DNA from: an uncultured Methanosarcinales archaeon | Lineage (GTDB): Archaea; Nanobdellota; Nanobdellia; Woesearchaeales; B54-G15 | NCBI GenBank assembly: GCA_964519225.1 | Contig: CAZFJK010000008.1 | Span: 1 to 36,875, forward strand | Direction of reading: 5' to 3' | DNA: 36,875 nt | Made by a program: the position numbers and the translations under genes | Shown here: positions 1-9,765 of the stretch, piece after piece | How positions within the stretch are numbered: the stretch's first letter is position 1 | Layout of the letters: each line of letters starts with the position of its first letter | The notes under the pieces: model-generated | The model's database searches: none | The model's input: the letters and a program-made list of their open reading frames with translations, nothing else | What the model was told of the DNA's origin: nothing

Positions 1-6
1 AGGATT

Positions 7-465
7 GTGCTTGATGAACTAGTTTCCACAAGAGACCTTGATAAAGCAAAACAGTTAGTAAATCAATTTGGACTGCTCGGAAAAGATTCTACTAGTTTTG
101 GAAATGCCTATAAAACATTAGAAGAATATATAGAAAGGTATTCGGTTGAAAGACCCGAAGTAGTTCCTCTTTTATGCGTCGCAGGAAAATATCTTACTGA
201 AACAAATCTTAGCAAGAACAAAATAAAGAATGGAAGAATAATTCGACAAAAATTGCTTCACGGTGAAATCGATGAGTTATCAATGATTTATTGTTGGTGT
301 GCAGCAGAATTGTTTGGTTCCGATTGGATAAGAAGATTATATAAAGATATTGTAAACAGAAGAACTGCTGAAGAAAGTGCTATTTTGATATGCAGGATAT
401 CTAATCATTCGGCCATTAGTATTCCAGGAAATGTTTTAAAGAGAATCGAAAGTTATGTTTATTGA
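7..465 (+). CDS. Hypothetical protein, probably the 3' part of a gene starting before the window
   Basis: 152-aa ORF; the frame is open back to base 1; no motif recognised. Confidence 0.55.
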   Translation: MLDELVSTRDLDKAKQLVNQFGLLGKDSTSFGNAYKTLEEYIERYSVERPEVVPLLCVAGKYLTETNLSKNKIKNGRIIRQKLLHGEIDELSMIYCWCAAELFGSDWIRRLYKDIVNRRTAEESAILICRISNHSAISIPGNVLKRIESYVY

Positions 466-524
466 AACAGGCATTCGCCATTCATTAGAAAACTTTATTA
501 AATCCTTTTAGTTGGCTTGAGGAG

Positions 525-1751
525 ATGAAACAATTAGTGCAGCCAGAAGTTAATATCGGCTTGGTAGGACATGTTGATCATGGAAAAACTACTTTGGTTA
601 AGGCTCTTTCTGGCATTTGGACAGATACGCACAGCGAAGAACTAAAAAGAGGTATTACCATTAGACTTGGTTATGCGGACTGTATTTTTTACAGATGTTC
701 AAAATGCGGAAGGTATGGCGTAAAAAAGATATGTAAATGCGGTGCTGAGGCAGAGCCTTTGCGGAAAGTAAGCTTTGTCGATGCTCCCGGACATGAAAGT
801 TTGATGGCTACTATGCTTAGCGGAGCGACAATTATGGACGGTGCTTTGTTACTCATAGCTGCAAACGAAAGCTGCCCACAGCCACAAACGAGGGAGCACT
901 TAATGGCTTTGCAAATAACAGGAATAAAAAACATAGTTGTAGTTCAGAATAAGATCGATACAGTTAGCGAAGAGGAAGCGCTTAAGAATTACGAAGAGAT
1001 TAAACAATTTCTTTCAAATACGCCATACAAAGATGCTCCTGTAATACCTGTTTCAGCGCAGCAAGAAGTTAACATAGACGTCCTTGTTGAAGCTATTGAA
1101 AAATTCATTCCCACACCAAAAAGAGATCCAACTAAAGATCCAGTCATGCTGGTTGCAAGAAGCTTTGATGTCAATAAACCAGGAACATTGCCGGAAAATC
1201 TCGTTGGTGGTGTTTTAGGTGGCAGTATAAAACAGGGAAAGTTAAGAGTTGGAGATGAGATTGAGTTGAAGCCAGGAATAGAAATAGAATCGCATGGAAA
1301 AAAGGAATGGAAACCAATCACAACAAAAATTATAGAAATAAGAACTGGCGGTGGAAAAGTCGACGAAGCTGGTCCAGGAGGAAATCTTGGTGTGCAAACA
1401 TTGCTTGATCCGAGTCTAGCTAAAGGTGATGCACTTGCTGGAAGCATAATTGGTTTACCTGGAAAGATGCCTCCTGTGTGGAACAAATTAAAGCTTGAAG
1501 TTCATTTGCTCGAAAGGGTTGTTGGTACAAAAGAAGAGCTAAAGGTTGAACCACTTAGGATGAACGAGCCGCTTATGCTTAATGTTAATGCCGCCGCAAC
1601 GGTCGGCATCATAACAAGGGTTTTAGAGAATGGAAACAAAATAGAGTGCGTACTTAAATTGCCTGTTTGTGCTGAAGTCGGCAATAAAGTTACAATAAGC
1701 AGGAGAATTGGAAATAGATTCAGGTTAATTGGATACGGCATAATTCTGTAG
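525..1751 (+). CDS. eif2g: Translation initiation factor 2 subunit gamma (aIF2-gamma)
   Basis: GHVDHGKT P-loop, RGITI, zinc knuckle (CSKC...CKC), DAPGH, NKID, C-terminal RLIGYG. Confidence 0.97.
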   Translation: MKQLVQPEVNIGLVGHVDHGKTTLVKALSGIWTDTHSEELKRGITIRLGYADCIFYRCSKCGRYGVKKICKCGAEAEPLRKVSFVDAPGHESLMATMLSGATIMDGALLLIAANESCPQPQTREHLMALQITGIKNIVVVQNKIDTVSEEEALKNYEEIKQFLSNTPYKDAPVIPVSAQQEVNIDVLVEAIEKFIPTPKRDPTKDPVMLVARSFDVNKPGTLPENLVGGVLGGSIKQGKLRVGDEIELKPGIEIESHGKKEWKPITTKIIEIRTGGGKVDEAGPGGNLGVQTLLDPSLAKGDALAGSIIGLPGKMPPVWNKLKLEVHLLERVVGTKEELKVEPLRMNEPLMLNVNAAATVGIITRVLENGNKIECVLKLPVCAEVGNKVTISRRIGNRFRLIGYGIIL

Positions 1752-1875
1752 GATAATTCTATAGAAACCTTGATAGAATTTTCTCAGTTTGCTGAGTAAG
1801 TCCGCTTCTTCGATATTCTTGGTGTTTTTTGATCTGTCAAATAGAGGATGCTTAAATTTAAAGTGCAATACATTT

Positions 1876-3015
1876 TCACACCAAGCCACTCATTACAATA
1901 ATACCAAGTGCAATCATAATCAGTCCTGCGATTAAATGAAGCAATTTTATGTTTCTTTCTTTCCACGCTTTTGCTTTTTCAACTGTTGTGAAACCCCAGA
2001 ACACAAAAAGGGTTATTATAATTAAAGGCAATATGAAGAAAAGATTATAGATAAGCAAAATTGGTGTTGCTATTAAGCGTGTTGTTTTTTCAGCAAGCAA
2101 CCCTAAAACAAAAATGTATGGACCACCAGTGCAGGGAAGCTCAAATAAGCAAACAAGAAAACCCATGAAAAAAGCGCCGATCGGCGAAGTTACGCTTCTA
2201 AGCAGCCGTTGTAAAGATGGGCGCCACTTCCTTGGAATTTCCATAACAAAACCACCAGCGCCATATTTGAAAAAATCTTTTATATTTAGTATGCCTATTA
2301 TAATAGCAAGTAAGCCAATGAATTTGTAAAACCAATAGCTTAAGCCAGTTACTTGCAAAGCAGAAAAAAGGCCGAGTCCAAATAGAAAATAAACTATATA
2401 AATAGAAATAGTGAATGCAATTCCTGCCTTTAATGCTCTTTTTCGTTCGCCTGTTACAAGCAATGCGCTTAGTAAAATAAGTAGAACTGCAATGGCGCAT
2501 GGATTTATCGAGTCTACTAAAGCTGCGCCAATGATTGTAAGCATTGGCACTGTTCCAAAACGCTGCTCAACGGTTGAAGCAGGACCTGTAACAGCTTTCT
2601 TTATTTCAGTTCGCTTTTCTAACGTTGGGCATGCACTTACATTGTTTTCCTTTATAGCATTAAGCAAATGGTCAAGTATTGGCTTATCACCTACAAAATA
2701 TTTGTTGACAAGAAAAACAACAGGAACGCCACGTTCATAATCTGAAACATTATATGCATCAAAGTATTTCATTAAAAGTTGGAGGTTCGTTCTGTTATTG
2801 TAAATTTCAAATCTATGGATTTTAATGCCGGGATATATTTTTTCCAAAGTTTCGAGATATGGCTCAACTCTTGCGCAATGCGGACAACCTTGGCCATAGA
2901 AGAAATAAATACACGCTTTCAATGTTTGCTGATTTTCAGCAGATGTTGAGCTTGGTATAATAAGGGCAAACAAACAAAGAAAGATAACTGCTATATATGG
3001 AGTTTTCCACCTCAT
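1876..3015 (-). CDS. Thioredoxin-like (CPHC) domain fused to a CcdA/DsbD-type transmembrane disulfide-exchange domain
   Basis: N-terminal signal/TM segment, FFYGQGCPHC, cis-Pro GVP, then about 6 TM segments with DSINPCA and ELPCT cysteine motifs. Confidence 0.85.
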   Translation of the reverse strand: MRWKTPYIAVIFLCLFALIIPSSTSAENQQTLKACIYFFYGQGCPHCARVEPYLETLEKIYPGIKIHRFEIYNNRTNLQLLMKYFDAYNVSDYERGVPVVFLVNKYFVGDKPILDHLLNAIKENNVSACPTLEKRTEIKKAVTGPASTVEQRFGTVPMLTIIGAALVDSINPCAIAVLLILLSALLVTGERKRALKAGIAFTISIYIVYFLFGLGLFSALQVTGLSYWFYKFIGLLAIIIGILNIKDFFKYGAGGFVMEIPRKWRPSLQRLLRSVTSPIGAFFMGFLVCLFELPCTGGPYIFVLGLLAEKTTRLIATPILLIYNLFFILPLIIITLFVFWGFTTVEKAKAWKERNIKLLHLIAGLIMIALGIIVMSGLV

Positions 3016-3396
3016 TTTGAGCTTGGAAAAATTGACTTGTTTAAAAATTTTTCTTGGTATTGACGATTTTTGGTTTTTCTAACATGGTTATAGCTTCTTT
3101 TTTAAAGAAGGCAATATATTTTGATTTGAAAGATTTAGAAAAGATTTTGAAAAGAATAAAAAAACAAAACCAAGACAACAGGAAGTAAGACCAATCTATT
3201 TGGCCCTTAAGGAGACCTCTATTTAAGAATTAAGGATTTGATCAACGCCTCTTTTGCGTAAAATTTTTAAAGGAGAAAAGAATAAAATCGCATCATGCGG
3301 AAAAGCTTTCTATCGCGGAAATAAGTCAAAATAAGCTAAATTTCCGTTGATAGAAAGCAAATAATGCCGATTACATACAATCAGCGCTCAAAAAAT

Positions 3397-3510
3397 GCCC
3401 TGGTAGTGTAGTGGACTATCATGTGGCCCTGTCGAGGCCACGACCCGGGTTCGAAAGGGCCTATTCAAACAGAAAATAAAGGATGGGCTCTGGATGTCCC
3501 GGCCAGGGCG
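3397..3510 (+). tRNA. tRNA-Asp(GTC) with a 41-nt intron at position 59/60
   Basis: Acceptor GCCCTGG/CCAGGGC+G; anticodon arm TGGCC-CT-GTC-GA-GGCCA; T stem CCGGG/CCCGG; removing 3456-3496 restores the loop TTCGAAT. Confidence 0.96.
3456..3496 (+). other. Archaeal BHB tRNA intron in the T-loop (59/60) of tRNA-Asp
   Basis: Central helix TTCG/TGGA (two G-U pairs), 3-nt bulges AA^A and TG^T, inner helix 3457-3466 paired with 3481-3490. Confidence 0.92.
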
Positions 3511-3515
3511 TGTGT

Positions 3516-3618
3516 GGGCCGGTAGCTCAGCCTGGTAGAGCACTCGGCTTTTAACCGAGTGGTCGCGAGTTCGAAGGCATCTTCCAAGAGGAAGATGCCG
3601 AATGTCTCGCCCGGCCCA
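3516..3618 (+). tRNA. tRNA-Lys(TTT) with a 29-nt intron at position 59/60
   Basis: Acceptor GGGCCGG/CCGGCCC+A; anticodon arm CTCGG-CT-TTT-AA-CCGAG; T stem GCGAG/CTCGC; removing 3576-3604 restores TTCGAAT. Confidence 0.96.
3576..3604 (+). other. Archaeal BHB tRNA intron in the T-loop (59/60) of tRNA-Lys
   Basis: Central helix TTCG/CGAA, bulges AA^G and TG^T, perfect 9-bp inner hairpin GCATCTTCC-AAGA-GGAAGATGC. Confidence 0.94.
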
Positions 3619-3635
3619 TTTTTTTCCAAATAAAA

Positions 3636-3872
3636 ATGGGAAAGATCGATGTAACAAAACACGTACTTGTACCTAAACATACAAAATTAAGCGAAAAAGA
3701 GAAAGAGGCTCTGTTTGCTGGATACAATATAACTTTCAGAGAACTACCAAAGATTCTGAAAAGTGATCCCGCAATTGCGCATTTAAATCCAAAAGCAGGC
3801 GATGTCATCAAAATAGAAAGAAAAAGCAAAACTTCTGGAAAAGCAATTTATTATAGGGGGGTAGTTGGATGA
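3636..3872 (+). CDS. rpoH: RNA polymerase subunit H (Rpo5)
   Basis: HVLVPKH, LPKI..SDP, GDVIKIERKS.TSG..YYR; first gene of the RNAP operon. Confidence 0.97.
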   Translation: MGKIDVTKHVLVPKHTKLSEKEKEALFAGYNITFRELPKILKSDPAIAHLNPKAGDVIKIERKSKTSGKAIYYRGVVG

Positions 3873-5350
3873 AAGATTGCCATGAGGTTTTGATTAAAAA
3901 GTTCTTCGCTGAGCAAAGTTTTATTGATTCAAATATTGAATCCTTTAACAATTTTCTTGACAAAGAACTTCAGGCGATTATTGATGAAAACAAAGAGATT
4001 ATTCCGCCAATCATACCCCAGGATCTTGAAGAATTTAAGATCGGGCTTGAGAAAGTTCGTGTAATGAAACCAGAAATCATTGAGGCGGATGGCAGCAAAA
4101 GGTTGATCTTTCCAATGGAAGCAAGATTGAGAAAGCTAACATACGCAGCACCTATTTATCTTGATATGGTTAGCTATGTTAATGGTGTTCAAAGAGAGAA
4201 TTTTACTGTTTTGCTCGGAAACATGCCGATCATGCTGAAAAGCAAATATTGCCATTTACATGGAATGAGGGAGGAAGAATTAATCAAACACGGGGAAGAT
4301 CCTGATGATCCTGGAGGGTATTTCATTATCAACGGCACTGAAAAAGTTATTATTTGCATAGAAGACCTTGGAGCGAACAAGTTAATAGTGGATAAGAGTT
4401 CTGGGCCGAGCCCTTATGTTGGAAAGATCTTTTCTGAAAAGGGAAACTTGAAGATCCCACATACTATTGAGCGGATGAAGGATGGCATTTTTTACATTAC
4501 CTTTGCAAGGGTGAAGAGGGTTCCTCTTGTTTTAATCTTAAAAGGACTTGGTGTCACAAAGGATGAAGACATTCTTAATTTTGTTTCAAAGGAAAAGAAA
4601 TACGATGAGGTTATAATCAATCTTGTAAGTTTTGCAAATGTAAAAAGCGCAGAGGAAGCTTTGGACAAGATCGGAAAGACGGTTGGGATCACACAGCCTA
4701 AAGAAACACGCATAGAACGAATGAGAGAAATGCTCGACAAATATTTATTGCCCCATCTTGGAAACAGGCCTGAAGATAGAATTTACAAAGCTATAAATCT
4801 TTGTAAAATAGTTAAGCGTTATATCGACGCCGTTAATGAGGAGATGTCCGATGATAAAGATCATTATATGAACAAACGATTAAAGCTGAGTGGCGACTTG
4901 CTTGCTGACTTGTTTAGGGTTAATCTCAAAATATTGCTCGGAGATCTACTTTACAATTTTCAGCGAATGGTTAAGAGAGGAAAATTCCCTTCGATTAAAA
5001 GCATTTTAAGAAATAAACTTTTAACATCAAGGATATACTCTGCAATGGCGACAGGAAATTGGCCTGGAAATAGACAGGGAATTTGTCAAAGAATTCAGAG
5101 GCTTAATTTTGTTGAAACACTCAGCCATCTGCAAAGAGTAATTAGTCCACTTAGCAGCGAACAAGAAAACTTTGAGGCAAGAGAATTGCATGCTACACAC
5201 TTAGGAAGGCTATGCCCTATTGAAACGCCCGAAGGAACACCTATCGGATTGAGAAAAAATCTTGCTTTGTTTTGTATAATAAGTCACGATAGTGATGAGG
5301 GTGTTATATTAAATGAATTAAAAAAACTTGGTGTTAGAACAACGATTTAA
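3869..5350 (+). CDS. rpoB2: RNA polymerase subunit B'' (Rpo2 N-terminal part)
   Basis: DPGGYFIINGTEKV, DKDHY.NKRL, LGRLCPIETPEG..IGL; ATGA overlap with rpoH. Confidence 0.96.
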   Translation: MKDCHEVLIKKFFAEQSFIDSNIESFNNFLDKELQAIIDENKEIIPPIIPQDLEEFKIGLEKVRVMKPEIIEADGSKRLIFPMEARLRKLTYAAPIYLDMVSYVNGVQRENFTVLLGNMPIMLKSKYCHLHGMREEELIKHGEDPDDPGGYFIINGTEKVIICIEDLGANKLIVDKSSGPSPYVGKIFSEKGNLKIPHTIERMKDGIFYITFARVKRVPLVLILKGLGVTKDEDILNFVSKEKKYDEVIINLVSFANVKSAEEALDKIGKTVGITQPKETRIERMREMLDKYLLPHLGNRPEDRIYKAINLCKIVKRYIDAVNEEMSDDKDHYMNKRLKLSGDLLADLFRVNLKILLGDLLYNFQRMVKRGKFPSIKSILRNKLLTSRIYSAMATGNWPGNRQGICQRIQRLNFVETLSHLQRVISPLSSEQENFEARELHATHLGRLCPIETPEGTPIGLRKNLALFCIISHDSDEGVILNELKKLGVRTTI

Positions 5351-5351
5351 A

Positions 5352-7157
5352 ATGCCGGCAGATGTTTACATAAACGGAAAGTATGTTGGCGAAGTAGATG
5401 ATCCAACGTTCTTTGTAGATTTATTTAAAACTGAAAGACGTCGTGGCACAATTCCGTCAAATGTTAATATCTATTACGACGAAGACCTTAATGAAGTAAG
5501 AGTCGAGGGCGAAAGAGGTAGGGCTAGAAGACCTCTAATCGTGGTGAAGGATGGGGTTCCTTTGCTGACTGAAAAACACATTGAGCAAATCAAGAAAGGC
5601 GAGCTTGGTTGGAATGACTTAATTCAGCAAGGGGTTATAGAATTCTTGGATGCTGCTGAAGAAGAAAATGCCTTTGTTGCTTTTAGCGAGGATGAACTAA
5701 CACCAGAGCATACGCACTTGGAAATCACACCTTTTGCTATGTTTAGTTTATCAACGAGCATGGTTCCTTTTGCTAACCATACACCAACACCGAGAGTCAA
5801 TTATGGTGGTAAAAACATTAAGCAAGGAGTGGGGCTTTATGTAGCAAACTATTTGATTAGGATGGATATGGATGTAAATTTGCTGCATTATCCTCAAATT
5901 CCAATTGTGCAAACCATTACTTACACTGTTTCTAATTATGCTGCTAGACCTGCGGGACAGAATGTTGTTGTTGCGATAATGAGTTATGAAGGTTACAATA
6001 TGGAAGATGCTATTATTGTAAACAAAGGTTCGATAGAAAGGGGTTTTGCAAGGAGTACTTATTTTAGACCCAGCGTTACAGAAGAACTCAGATACAGCGG
6101 TGGTTTAACAGATAGGATATGTGTTCCTGAAAAGGAAGTCGTTGGGTATAAAAGCGAACATGATTATAGGTTGCTTGAAGAGGACGGCATAATATTTCCA
6201 GAAGCGAAAGTAAGCGAAGGTGACGTGGTCATTGGTAAAACAAGCCCGCCAAGGTTTTTGAGCAGTTTAGATGAGTACAGCTTAAGTACTGCGACAAGAC
6301 GGGAGAGCAGTGTGATTATTCCTCATGGCGAAAAAGGTGTAGTAGACTTTGTTTTAATCACTGAAAGCGAAGAAGGAAATAAGCTTGTTCAAGTTAGAGT
6401 GCGGGATGACAGACCTGTAGAAGTTGGTGATAAATTTACTTCAAGGCATGGTCAAAAAGGCGTGATTGGATTGATAGTTCCAGAAGCAGATATGCCATTC
6501 ACAGCATCTGGGATTGTTCCAGATATTATTTTCTCTCCGCATTCAGTACCAAGCAGAATGACGATATCGCATTTGATAGAGCTCGTTGGTGGAAAAGTAG
6601 GTGCTCTTGCAGGCAGATACGTTGATGGCACGACATTCCATGCGGAGAGTGAGGCTGATTTGAGAAAGGAATTGCTCTCGCTTGGATTTAGGGAAAATGG
6701 TGTTGAAGCGATGTACAATCCTATCACTGGAAAGATAATGAAAGCACGTATCTTTGTAGGTAATATGTATTATCTGAAACTAAGGCACTTGGTTGCAAAT
6801 AAGCTTCACGCAAGAGCCAGAGGTCCTATTCAGCTCTTAACGAGACAGCCGACAGAAGGCAGAGCAAAAGAAGGTGGTTTGAGGCTTGGAGAGATGGAAA
6901 AAGATTGCTTTGTTGCGCATGGTGCATCACTTTTATTGAAAGAAAGATTTGACTCAGACAAGACGATTGTTCCCGTCTGTGAGAAATGCGGTTTAATTGC
7001 GATTCATGATGCTTACAGAAAGAGGCTATACTGTCCTGTTTGTGGTGATGAAGGAGAAGTAAATGAAATAGAAATGAGTTATGCGTTTAAGTTAATCTTA
7101 GATGAATTCAAAGCTTTAGGTGTATATCCAAAAATAAGATTGAAAGACAAATTTTGA
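5352..7157 (+). CDS. rpoB1: RNA polymerase subunit B' (Rpo2 C-terminal part)
   Basis: GYNMEDA, GDKFTSRHGQKG, RQPTEGRAKEGGLRLGEME, C-terminal Zn ribbon. ATG 5352 is preferred over the TTG at 5328. Confidence 0.96.
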   Translation: MPADVYINGKYVGEVDDPTFFVDLFKTERRRGTIPSNVNIYYDEDLNEVRVEGERGRARRPLIVVKDGVPLLTEKHIEQIKKGELGWNDLIQQGVIEFLDAAEEENAFVAFSEDELTPEHTHLEITPFAMFSLSTSMVPFANHTPTPRVNYGGKNIKQGVGLYVANYLIRMDMDVNLLHYPQIPIVQTITYTVSNYAARPAGQNVVVAIMSYEGYNMEDAIIVNKGSIERGFARSTYFRPSVTEELRYSGGLTDRICVPEKEVVGYKSEHDYRLLEEDGIIFPEAKVSEGDVVIGKTSPPRFLSSLDEYSLSTATRRESSVIIPHGEKGVVDFVLITESEEGNKLVQVRVRDDRPVEVGDKFTSRHGQKGVIGLIVPEADMPFTASGIVPDIIFSPHSVPSRMTISHLIELVGGKVGALAGRYVDGTTFHAESEADLRKELLSLGFRENGVEAMYNPITGKIMKARIFVGNMYYLKLRHLVANKLHARARGPIQLLTRQPTEGRAKEGGLRLGEMEKDCFVAHGASLLLKERFDSDKTIVPVCEKCGLIAIHDAYRKRLYCPVCGDEGEVNEIEMSYAFKLILDEFKALGVYPKIRLKDKF

Positions 7158-7173
7158 ATAAATCAGCGTAAAA

Positions 7174-9765
7174 ATGGTAGATCCCATAATCAATACTAAA
7201 ATTGTGTATAAGATGATTGATAGGATAATCTTTGGAGTGCTAAGTCCAAAGATTATCAAAAAGATGGCGAGTGCCAAAATTGTTACGCCAGAGCTTTACG
7301 ATAAAGAGGGTTATCCTGTTGATGGCGGCTTGATGGACTTGAGGCTCGGCGTTATAGATCCTGGACTACGCTGCAAAACGTGTGGTGGCAGGCTGAAGGA
7401 ATGCGTTGGACATTTCGGCTATATCGAACTTGCAAGGCCTGTAGTGCATGTCAAGTTTGTTAAACTGATTTATGACTTGCTTAGATGCACATGCAAAGAT
7501 TGCGGAAGAATTCTGATTCCTATTGATGTTATTTCACGCTACAAGACGAAGTTGAAAAAAATCGAAGAGGAGGAAGGTATTGAAAGGAGAAGGGAAGAGA
7601 TAAAGAAGATTATTACTAAATTAAAGACAATAAATAAATGCCCATATTGCGGAGCTAAACAATTAAAGATTACATTAGAAAAGCCGACCACTTTTTTAGA
7701 GAATGAAAAGAAGTTGAGTCCAATTGAGATAAGGGCGAGGCTCGAAAAAATTCCAGATGATGATCTTGCGATTTTTGGTATAAATCCAAAAGCAATGAGA
7801 CCTGAATGGGCTGTGCTTACTGTTCTGCCAATACCTCCAGTAACTATGAGACCGAGTATTACGCTTGAAACTGGTGAAAGAAGCGAAGATGATTTAACGC
7901 ACAAGCTTGGTGATATAGTTAGGATTAATCAGCGATTATTTGAGAACATAAATGCGGGAGCACCAGAGATAATTATCGAAGATTTATGGGAGCTGTTGCA
8001 ATATCATATTACCACTTATTTTGATAATACTATTGCACAAATTCCTCCTGCAAGACACAAGAGCGGACATCCTCTAAAAACATTAACTGAACGAATTAAA
8101 AGCAAGGAAGGAAGAATAAGGCACAATCTTGCTGGAAAGAGAACAAACTTTAGTGCGAGAACAGTAATAAGTCCTGATCCTATGCTTATGCTTGATGAAG
8201 TCGGTGTTCCTTTGATTGTTGCAATGAAACTAACAATACCAGAGCGGGTTACTGAATGGAACATTGAATATTTGAAACATTTTGTTAGGGCAGGTCCAAC
8301 AAATTATCCTGGAGCAAATTATGTTATAAGGCCCGACGGAAAGAGGAAAAAAATTACTGACGAAACCAGAGAACAATTGCTCGAAGAGCTCGCCCCTGGT
8401 TATGTGGTTGAAAGGCACTTACTTAATGGCGATATTGCTGTCTTTAATAGACAACCTTCTTTGCACAGAATGAGCATGATGTCTCATAGGATCAAAGTTT
8501 TACCTTACAAAACATTTAGACTAAATCCTGCTGTTTGTCATCCTTATAATGCGGACTTTGACGGCGACGAAATGAATTTACATATACCTCAAACAGAAGA
8601 AGCAAGAGCAGAAGCTAAAGAGCTTATGGCGATTCCAACGCAATTGATTTCGCCAAGATACGGCTTAGCAATTATGGGTTGTATTCAAGATGCAATCAGT
8701 GGCAATTACTTGCTAACAAAAGGTATGAAGTTAAAACGAAACGAGGCTGTTGATCTTCTAGCTAGCATTGGTGTTGAAGATTTTAGCAGGTTGCCGAATA
8801 AGGAATTTGTTTCTGGAAAAGAAGTTTTTAGTTGTATATTTCCAAAAGATTTTTGTTTTGTTGGCAGTTCAAAAGGCGTTAATGAAGAAGGCGATTATGA
8901 AGTGATAATAAAAGATGGCAAACTGGTTAAAGGAGTTATGGATAAAGGTTGCCTTGGTCCAGAAGCTGGCTTGATGTTAAGGGCATTGCACAAGAAGTAT
9001 GGCTCTGAGAAAACTATTGAAATAATAGGTTTGATATCTAAGCTTGGAATTAAAGTGTTGCTAAAGTACGGGTTTACTGCTGGTTTGGCTGATGCGGATT
9101 TGCCCGGAGAAATTAAATTGAAGGTAAAGGAAATTCTTGATAAGGCTGAAGAGGAAGCTGAAAATGTAATAGGATTGTACCAACAAGGAATGCTTGAAGT
9201 TTATCCTGGTAGAACTTTGCTAGAGACCGTTGAGTTGAAGATTTTGGAGTTATTAAACAGGGCAAGAAACAAAGCAAGTGAACTAATAAGAGAACATATT
9301 TCTGGCTCATTTTTTCAGATTATGGCTGAAAGCGGTGCAAGGGGAAATTACCTTAATTTAACTCAGATGAGTGCAACAGTTGGACAGCAGGCTTTAAGGG
9401 GAAGGAGGATCGAACGTGGCTATAAACATAGAACTTTATCTTGCTTTAGAAAACATGATCTCGGTCCTGCTGCACATGGATTTATTAGAAGGAGTTATAA
9501 GGAAGGTTTGCTGCCCCATGAATTTTTCTTTGCAGCAATAACAGGGAGAGATGGATTAATGGATACTGCACTTAGAACGCCAAAGAGCGGCTATTTGTAT
9601 AGAAGATTAGCAAATGCTTTACAGGACTTAAAAGTTGAATATGACGGGACAGTGAGGGAAGCTGGCGGCAATATAATTCAATTTACTTATGGCGAAGATG
9701 GTATTGATGTAGCAAAAAGCGAAGGTGGAAAAATAAATGTTAAATCGGTGATATCAAATGTCTGA
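7174..9765 (+). CDS. rpoA1: RNA polymerase subunit A' (Rpo1N)
   Basis: CKTC...C.GHFG, FNRQPSLH, catalytic NADFDGD, SGYLYRRL. Confidence 0.98.
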   Translation: MVDPIINTKIVYKMIDRIIFGVLSPKIIKKMASAKIVTPELYDKEGYPVDGGLMDLRLGVIDPGLRCKTCGGRLKECVGHFGYIELARPVVHVKFVKLIYDLLRCTCKDCGRILIPIDVISRYKTKLKKIEEEEGIERRREEIKKIITKLKTINKCPYCGAKQLKITLEKPTTFLENEKKLSPIEIRARLEKIPDDDLAIFGINPKAMRPEWAVLTVLPIPPVTMRPSITLETGERSEDDLTHKLGDIVRINQRLFENINAGAPEIIIEDLWELLQYHITTYFDNTIAQIPPARHKSGHPLKTLTERIKSKEGRIRHNLAGKRTNFSARTVISPDPMLMLDEVGVPLIVAMKLTIPERVTEWNIEYLKHFVRAGPTNYPGANYVIRPDGKRKKITDETREQLLEELAPGYVVERHLLNGDIAVFNRQPSLHRMSMMSHRIKVLPYKTFRLNPAVCHPYNADFDGDEMNLHIPQTEEARAEAKELMAIPTQLISPRYGLAIMGCIQDAISGNYLLTKGMKLKRNEAVDLLASIGVEDFSRLPNKEFVSGKEVFSCIFPKDFCFVGSSKGVNEEGDYEVIIKDGKLVKGVMDKGCLGPEAGLMLRALHKKYGSEKTIEIIGLISKLGIKVLLKYGFTAGLADADLPGEIKLKVKEILDKAEEEAENVIGLYQQGMLEVYPGRTLLETVELKILELLNRARNKASELIREHISGSFFQIMAESGARGNYLNLTQMSATVGQQALRGRRIERGYKHRTLSCFRKHDLGPAAHGFIRRSYKEGLLPHEFFFAAITGRDGLMDTALRTPKSGYLYRRLANALQDLKVEYDGTVREAGGNIIQFTYGEDGIDVAKSEGGKINVKSVISNV

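Noticed and set aside
1754..1875. Short inverted repeat AATTCTAT...ATAGAATT and small ORFs between convergent genes
   Set aside because: AT-rich 8-bp arms are expected by chance; at most a terminator.
3084..3188. 34-codon ORF MVIASFLKKAIYFDLKDLEKILKRIKKQNQDNRK
   Set aside because: Too short, no motif or clear RBS; cannot be supported.
3388..3829. Minus-strand ORFs of 71-92 aa over the tRNA pair
   Set aside because: They are antisense to two well-formed tRNAs and rpoH; artefacts of GC-rich RNA genes.
5328..5352. Possible frameshift or pseudogene splitting rpoB
   Set aside because: The B''/B' split is a known natural arrangement in many archaea, and there is a clean stop followed by ATG 5352.
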